From the NCBI GenBank assembly GCA_021779795.1, contig JAJXZZ010000001.1, forward strand, positions 1 through 40,723: a stretch of DNA of 40,723 nt, read 5' to 3'. The DNA comes from Acidobacteriota bacterium. GTDB taxonomy: Bacteria > Acidobacteriota > Vicinamibacteria > Vicinamibacterales > Fen-181. The notes beneath the pieces are model-generated. The model was not told the DNA's origin. It worked only from the letters and a program-made list of their open reading frames with translations, and searched no databases. Below, piece after piece: positions 35,485 to 40,723 of the stretch (position 1 is the stretch's first letter; each line of letters opens with the position of its first letter). Both the position numbers and the translations under genes were made by a program.

Positions 35485-36291
35485 GTGCCGCCATCCGCCA
35501 CCGACCGCTTCATCGAGGGGCCCGACTACGTGCAGTCGCTCGCGCGCGGCCTGTCCGTCCTGCGGTCGTTCGACGCGGCCCACACGTCGATGACCCTCTC
35601 GGAGGCGGCGGCCCGGAGCGGCCTCGCCCGCGCCGCGGCCCGCCGCGCCCTCCTGACGCTCGCGCACGAGGGGTACGTGGCCGCCGCCGGCGGGCGCTTC
35701 CGCCTGCTGCCGCGCGCGCTCGAGCTGGGCTTCGCCTACCTGGCGTCGCTCCGGCTGCCCGAGCTGGCCCAGCCCGAGATGGAGGCCCTCTCGCGCCGCG
35801 TCAACGAGTCGTGCTCGCTCTCGGTGCTCGACGGCCAGGAGATCGTCTACGTGGCGCGCGTGCCCGTGCGGAAGGTGGTGGCGATCACGCTCGGCGTGGG
35901 CGCGCGGCTCCCCGCCTACGCCACGTCGATGGGGCGCGTCCTGCTCGCGGGGCTCCCGGACGACCGGCTCCACGCGTGGCTGGCCGCGTGCCGCCTCGCG
36001 CCGCTGACGCCCCGCACCATCCGCAGCCGCGCCGCGCTCCGCGCCGAGATCGCCCGCGTGCGCCGGCAGGGCTACGCGATGGTCCGGCAGGAGCTGGACC
36101 CCGGCCTCCTCTCGGTGGCCGTCCCGATCCGCGACCGGCGGGGCGAGGTGATCGCCGCGCTGAACGTCGGCACGGGCATCGGCCACGACGCGGCGAAGCG
36201 GGCGCGCAACCTGTTCCTGCCGGGCCTGCGCGCAGCCCAGGCCGCCGTCGAGTGGGCGCTGGCCCACCAGTTTCTCGCGACAGGGAGCTGA
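35485..36291 (+). CDS. pcaR: IclR-family regulator, PcaR/PobR subfamily
   Basis: 268 aa; DYVQSLARGLSVLRSF, ARRALLTL, LELGFAYL, RLPAYATSMGRVLLA. Confidence 0.88.
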   Translation: MPPSATDRFIEGPDYVQSLARGLSVLRSFDAAHTSMTLSEAAARSGLARAAARRALLTLAHEGYVAAAGGRFRLLPRALELGFAYLASLRLPELAQPEMEALSRRVNESCSLSVLDGQEIVYVARVPVRKVVAITLGVGARLPAYATSMGRVLLAGLPDDRLHAWLAACRLAPLTPRTIRSRAALRAEIARVRRQGYAMVRQELDPGLLSVAVPIRDRRGEVIAALNVGTGIGHDAAKRARNLFLPGLRAAQAAVEWALAHQFLATGS

Positions 36292-36293
36292 CC

Positions 36294-37496
36294 ATGCGAT
36301 CCGCCTTTCTCTGCGCCGCGGTCCGGACGCCTTTCGGGCGCCACCGCGGCGCGCTCGCCCGCGTCCGCACCGACGACCTGGCCGCGTTCCCCATCAGCAC
36401 GCTCATGGCGCGGCTGCCCGCGGTGGACTGGGGCGCCGTGGACGACGTGCTGCTCGGCTGCGCGAACCAGGCGGGCGAGGACAACCGCAACGTCGCCCGG
36501 ATGGCCGCGCTGCTCGCCGGCCTCCCGCCCGGCGTGCCGGGCGCGACGATCAATCGGCTCTGCGCCTCGGGCCTCGAAGCCGTCAGCCAGGCGTCGCGCG
36601 CGATCCGCGTCGGCGAGGCCGACCTCGTCGTGGCCGGCGGCGTCGAGAGCATGTCGCGCTCGCCGTTCGTCCTCGCCAAGGCCGAGACGCCGTTCTCGAA
36701 GAACCAGCTGCTCCAGGACTCCACCGTCGGCTGGCGATTCGTGAACCCGAAGATGCAGGCGCGCTACGGCACCGACAGCAACGCGCAGACGGCCGAGAAC
36801 CTGGCGCGCGAGCGCGGGATCGCGCGGGAGGACCAGGACGCGTACGCCGCCCGCAGCCAGGCCCGCGCGGAGGCCGCCCGGCTGGCCGGGCGCCTGGCCG
36901 AGGAGATCGCCCCGATCGACGTGCCCGCCGGCCGCGAGGTGAGGCGGGTCGCCGCGGACGAGCATCCCCGGCCCGGCACGACCGCCGCGCAGCTCGCGGC
37001 GCTCGAGCCGCTGCTCGGCCCCGGCACGAGCCTCACGGCCGGCAACGCGTCCGGGATCAACGACGGCGCGTGCGCGCTGCTCCTCGCCTCGGAGCCGGCG
37101 ATGGCGCGCCACGGCCTCGAACCGATCGCGCGCGTCGGCGGCGCCGCCGCCGCCGGCGTCGAGCCGCGCGTGATGGGGATCGGTCCCGTGGAGGCGATCC
37201 GCCGGTTGCTCGACCGCGAGCGCCTCACCCTGTCGGACGTGGATCTGGTCGAGATCAACGAGGCGTTTGCCGCCCAGGTGCTGGCGTGCACGCGTGCGCT
37301 CGGCCTGCCCGACGACGCGGATCTCGTGAACCCGAACGGCGGGGCGATCGCGCTCGGCCACCCGCTCGGCGCGAGCGGCGCGCGCCTCTGCCAGACGGCG
37401 GCGCTCGAGCTCGGGCGGCGCGGCGGCCGCCGCGCCGTGGTGAGCCTGTGCGTGGGCGTCGGGCAGGGGCTGGCGGTGATGCTCGAGCGGCCCTGA
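36294..37496 (+). CDS. pcaF: 3-oxoadipyl-CoA thiolase
   Basis: Start MRSAFLCAAVRTPFG at 36294 (400 aa); GCANQAGEDNRNVARM, NRLCASG, GWRFVNP, NEAFA, GHPLGASG, CVGVGQG. Confidence 0.9.
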   Translation: MRSAFLCAAVRTPFGRHRGALARVRTDDLAAFPISTLMARLPAVDWGAVDDVLLGCANQAGEDNRNVARMAALLAGLPPGVPGATINRLCASGLEAVSQASRAIRVGEADLVVAGGVESMSRSPFVLAKAETPFSKNQLLQDSTVGWRFVNPKMQARYGTDSNAQTAENLARERGIAREDQDAYAARSQARAEAARLAGRLAEEIAPIDVPAGREVRRVAADEHPRPGTTAAQLAALEPLLGPGTSLTAGNASGINDGACALLLASEPAMARHGLEPIARVGGAAAAGVEPRVMGIGPVEAIRRLLDRERLTLSDVDLVEINEAFAAQVLACTRALGLPDDADLVNPNGGAIALGHPLGASGARLCQTAALELGRRGGRRAVVSLCVGVGQGLAVMLERP

Positions 37497-37533
37497 GTCC
37501 TGGCGGTCGAACCTCCCTGAAAGGCGGCACCTG

Positions 37534-38862
37534 ATGGCCCCCGCGGCGGAACGGCGAAACCAGTCCTCGGTCGGTTTCTGGATGGCCACGGCTCTCGTGG
37601 CCGGCAACATGATCGGCTCGGGGATCTTCCTGCTGCCGGCGGCGCTGGCCCCCTTCCGCGCCGACAACCTCCCCGGCTGGCTGCTGACCAGCATCGGCGC
37701 CATCACGCTGGCCGCCGTCTTCGCCCAGTTGAGCCGGAGCATCCCCGGCGCGGGCGGGCCCTACGCCTACACGCGCGAGGCGTTCGGCGACCTGGCGGGC
37801 TTCTCGGTCGCCTGGGGGTACTGGGTGTCGATCTGGGTCGGCAACGCCGCCATCACCACCGGCGCCGTGGGCTACATCGGCGAGTTCATGCCCTGGATGG
37901 TCGCCACGCCGCTGAACACCGCCCTCTCCTCCCTCTTCTTCCTCTGGGTGTTCACGTTCGTCAACTGCGCCGGCATCAGGGCCGCGGGCTGGACGCAGGC
38001 CGTCACGACGCTGCTGAAGCTCACGCCCATCGTGGCGGCCGCCGCCCTGTTCCTGACGCGCGTCCCCTCGTGGGGGCAGGTGGCCGCGGCCCCCCAGCAC
38101 TTCACCCTCGGCGGAACCGCGGCGGTGGCCACGCTCGCGCTGTGGGCGATGCTCGGCTTCGAGTCGGCCACCGTTCCCGCCGACAAGGTGCGCGACGCGC
38201 GGCGGACGGTGCCGCGCGCGACGATGTTCGGCACCGTGCTGACGGCGCTGCTGAGCGCGGCTGCCTGCGGCGCCGTGCTGCTCCTCGTCCCGGCCGGCCG
38301 GCTGGCGGCCTCGACGGCCCCGTTCGCCGACCTGGCGGCCGACGTATGGGGCCTCGGCGCGGCGCGCGCCGTGTCGGTGTTCGCGGCCATCAGCGCCCTC
38401 GGCGCGCTCAACGGCTGGATCCTGCTCCAGGGCGAACTGCCGCGCGCGATGGCCCGCGACGGCCTCTTCATCCCCGCGTTCGCCAGGACGTCGAAGCGGG
38501 GCACGCCGATTGTCGCGCTGGTGGCGACGAGCGTGCTCGTCACGATTCTCGTGGCGCTCAACATCCGCCGCTCGCTCGTGGGCGTGTTCACCTTCTTCGT
38601 GCTGCTCGCCACGACGGCCAGCCTGGTCGCCTACCTGGCCAGCGCCCTGGCCCTGCTGCGCCTGTCGGCCGCCGGCCGCGCCGGCACCTCGCGGACCGCG
38701 CGGATCGCGTTCGGCACGCTCGGCGTGCTCGGGGCGATCTATTCGCTCGCGGCGCTGGCGGGCGCCGGGCGCGAGGCGGTCCTCTGGGGCGTGGTCCTGC
38801 TGGCCGCGGGGCTACCCGTCTACATGGTGCTGCGACGCAGGAGAGCCGTGGCGGATCGGTAG
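37534..38862 (+). CDS. APC-family amino acid/polyamine permease (AdiC/PotE-like)
   Basis: 442 aa, about 12 TM; GNMIGSGIFLLPA, GGPYAY, LGFESA, LNGWILL. Confidence 0.9.
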   Translation: MAPAAERRNQSSVGFWMATALVAGNMIGSGIFLLPAALAPFRADNLPGWLLTSIGAITLAAVFAQLSRSIPGAGGPYAYTREAFGDLAGFSVAWGYWVSIWVGNAAITTGAVGYIGEFMPWMVATPLNTALSSLFFLWVFTFVNCAGIRAAGWTQAVTTLLKLTPIVAAAALFLTRVPSWGQVAAAPQHFTLGGTAAVATLALWAMLGFESATVPADKVRDARRTVPRATMFGTVLTALLSAAACGAVLLLVPAGRLAASTAPFADLAADVWGLGAARAVSVFAAISALGALNGWILLQGELPRAMARDGLFIPAFARTSKRGTPIVALVATSVLVTILVALNIRRSLVGVFTFFVLLATTASLVAYLASALALLRLSAAGRAGTSRTARIAFGTLGVLGAIYSLAALAGAGREAVLWGVVLLAAGLPVYMVLRRRRAVADR

Positions 38863-39666
38863 CGGGCGCCGCCAGGGGACGAACATCGGCACCCGCCGGC
38901 GGTACTCCCGGTAGGCCTCCCCGAAGTCGGCCACCAGATCGCGCTCCTCGAGCGTCGCGCCGATCACAATCCACGCGCTCCAGAGGACCGCCAGCTCGAG
39001 CCGGCCGGGGCCCATCCGCGGCGTCGCCCACAGCAGGACGATGACCGCGGCATAAATCGGATGGCGCACGAAGCGGAAGGGGCCGGCGACGACGAACGCC
39101 TTCGCGGGAAAGACGATCTCGGGGCGCGCGTCGGCGTCGCCTCCCCGAAGGTGCCGCCGGATGGGATCGAGGCCGAACGCGTCGAGCGTGTGCAGCGCGA
39201 GCGTGGCCCAGCCGAAGATCGCCAGCGCGAGAAGCGCGGCCGCGATCACCAGGACCCTCGCCGCGCCGTGCAGCGCGAACAGCGGCGGCTCCTCCACCTG
39301 CTGATAGAAGACGACGAAGCACGTCAGCGCGGCGCCCGCCGTGATGGCGTAGAAGGCACCGTCGTAGCGGGCCGGCACCACCGCCACCAGCCGCGCGCGG
39401 ACCCGCCGCCGCACCATCAGGCTGTGCTGCAGGAAGAAGACCAGCGACAGGAAGCCGTTCCACCAGAGCGCCGCCGCCGGCGACAGCCCCATCGGCACCA
39501 GCGTCACCCGCCCCGTCAACGCGAACAGCAGGAGCGATCCGCCGCCGAGGACGACGGCGACGGCCATCACCGCATAGTCGGCGAAACGCGCGGACCGCGG
39601 CAGCGGCGTCGATTGGGCGGTCCCGCGTCCGGCGGCGGTCGGCGGCACACTCGGCATTGTCGGCAT
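38812..39666 (-). CDS. Isoprenylcysteine carboxyl methyltransferase-family membrane protein (MddA/NnrU-like)
   Basis: 284 aa; FFLQHSLM, GPFRFVRHPIY, LEERDLVADFGEAYREYRRRVP. Confidence 0.8.
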   Translation of the reverse strand: MPTMPSVPPTAAGRGTAQSTPLPRSARFADYAVMAVAVVLGGGSLLLFALTGRVTLVPMGLSPAAALWWNGFLSLVFFLQHSLMVRRRVRARLVAVVPARYDGAFYAITAGAALTCFVVFYQQVEEPPLFALHGAARVLVIAAALLALAIFGWATLALHTLDAFGLDPIRRHLRGGDADARPEIVFPAKAFVVAGPFRFVRHPIYAAVIVLLWATPRMGPGRLELAVLWSAWIVIGATLEERDLVADFGEAYREYRRRVPMFVPWRRPLPIRHGSPASQHHVDG

Positions 39667-39763
39667 GGATGACGACTATTGTAGACAGCCGGCCAACGGT
39701 CGCGCGAGCCGCGCGACGCGTGCGGACGGCGAAAGGGACGCCGCCACCGGGCGGGCGTCGCGG

Positions 39764-40306
39764 TCAGACGCCGGCCGGGAGCCTGGGCCGCATCGCCTTC
39801 CTTCGATCGATCCGGCGGCCGTCCACGATGAAGGTCCCGTCGCCCACCGCATGAAGCGTCCTCTTCTCGTTCCGGGAGCCGTCCACGTAAGCGGCCAGGC
39901 CTTCCAGCACGACGATGTGGTGCTTGCGGACGAGGTCGAGGACCCGGCATTCGATGTTGGCCAGGCACTCTCCGATGAGCGGCGCGCGGACGTGCCGGCC
40001 CTTCACGGGCGTCAGGCCGAACGTCGCGAACTTGTCGGTGTCGGCGCCCGAGCAGGTGCCCACGCCGACGACCGTGTCGATGAGGTCCGCGCCCGGGATC
40101 GCGATGACGCACTCGCGGCATCGCCTGAGCGCGGCATACGAGAAGTTCCACGGTCCGGTGGTGATGGCGAACGTCGGCGTGAAGTCCACCACCATCGTCC
40201 ACGAGATCGTCATGACGTTGTGCCGTCCACCGTCGCTCGTGGTGACGAAGACCACCGGGCCAGATTCGAGGAGGGTGAACGCCCTGGCGAGGCTCAGCTG
40301 CTTCAC
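39764..40306 (-). CDS. Flavin reductase family protein
   Basis: 180 aa; LLESGPVVFVTT, NVMTISW, GTCSGADTDKF, PLIGECLANIECRV, LHAVGDGTF. Confidence 0.88.
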   Translation of the reverse strand: MKQLSLARAFTLLESGPVVFVTTSDGGRHNVMTISWTMVVDFTPTFAITTGPWNFSYAALRRCRECVIAIPGADLIDTVVGVGTCSGADTDKFATFGLTPVKGRHVRAPLIGECLANIECRVLDLVRKHHIVVLEGLAAYVDGSRNEKRTLHAVGDGTFIVDGRRIDRRKAMRPRLPAGV

Positions 40307-40402
40307 GCGCGCCTCCTGTTCGCTCCTGCCTGTCGAGTGGCGCCTCGCCCGGCGACGCGCCGCAAGCGGGTGCGGCCCGGCATGGATCGCGCCGGCCCGG
40401 GC

Positions 40403-40552
40403 TTACTCCTGCCGGACGATATCGACCGAAAGCTCCGCCGCCGGAGTCGTTCCTCTGTTCTCGAGCCAGTGCGTGGTACGGCGGTCCTCGGGCCAGCCGA
40501 CCCCAGGCCCGTAGTCCGTCGCGAGCCCATCTCGATGGTCGGTGATCGTTCC
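40403..40552 (-). pseudogene. 3' remnant of a small cupin-domain gene
   Basis: Frame reads GTITDHRDGLATDYGPGVGWPEDRRTTHWLENRGTTPAAELSVDIVRQE*, the second half of a cupin fold, with no start or room for the N-terminal half. Confidence 0.6.
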
Positions 40553-40588
40553 CCTGCTCTCCGTGCGGTCTGGCCGCCTGACGCGTCG

Positions 40589-40723
40589 CTAATTATTCCC
40601 GTTCGCCATCTTCGCGCGTCGAACCAGCTCCTTCTCGCTCGGCTCGGCGCTCGCGAACGAACCGGGCCGGATCTCGCCGGCCGGCGCGTAGGCGCTCATG
40701 ACGACGCCGGTCGCCGACACCCG
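40589..40723 (-). CDS. C-terminus of a probable dihydrofolate reductase/RibD-C family protein (5' end outside window)
   Basis: RVSATGVVMSAYAPAGEIRPGSFASAEPSEKELVRRAKMANGNN*; resembles the GVV..Y..AG...GSF ending of RibD-C-like proteins. Confidence 0.55.
   Translation of the reverse strand, partial: RVSATGVVMSAYAPAGEIRPGSFASAEPSEKELVRRAKMANGNN

Noticed and set aside
30854..37496. Standard protocatechuate/catechol degradation operon
   Set aside because: No dioxygenase, cycloisomerase, decarboxylase or enol-lactone hydrolase in the window.
38812..39666. Specific call as methanethiol S-methyltransferase mddA
   Set aside because: Only family-level ICMT motifs are visible; orthology needs a phylogeny.
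40303..40530. 75-aa ORF from the track
   Set aside because: Wrong frame; another frame gives a recognisable cupin fragment.

Overview
High-GC bacterial window. Gene content and style (VWA/OmpA pair, HEAT-repeat protein, sigma54 two-component system) suggest Acidobacteriota, possibly Vicinamibacteria-like; this is inference only. It holds about 33 real CDSs or remnants, and most long ORFs in the track are antisense shadows. Left part: a 3'-truncated HEAT-repeat gene missing from the ORF track, an SDR, a beta-propeller/phosphoesterase, mprF, and an NtrC-type two-component system with a secreted protein, ACT protein, OmpA lipoprotein, VWA protein and DUF5658-like protein. Middle: a Kbl/BioF-family PLP acyltransferase divergent from an AcsA-like ligase plus a stand-alone acyl carrier protein, an acetyl-CoA hydrolase/transferase-GNAT fusion, an acylating aldehyde dehydrogenase and an aconitase. 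Right part: a 13-kb divergon with a PcaR-type regulator, where the 3-oxoadipate lower pathway (pcaIJ, pcaF) is linked not to aromatic ring-cleavage genes but to two class-III aminotransferases, a P5CDH-like ALDH, two amide/peptide hydrolases and two amino-acid transporters. This is the best candidate for an undescribed pathway (hypothesis: beta-lysine / N6-acyl-beta-lysine catabolism). Intergenic DNA repeatedly carries 7-bp tandem arrays with different units, GTAG-type REP-like hairpins and two gene remnants. No rRNA, tRNA, CRISPR array or transposase was seen.
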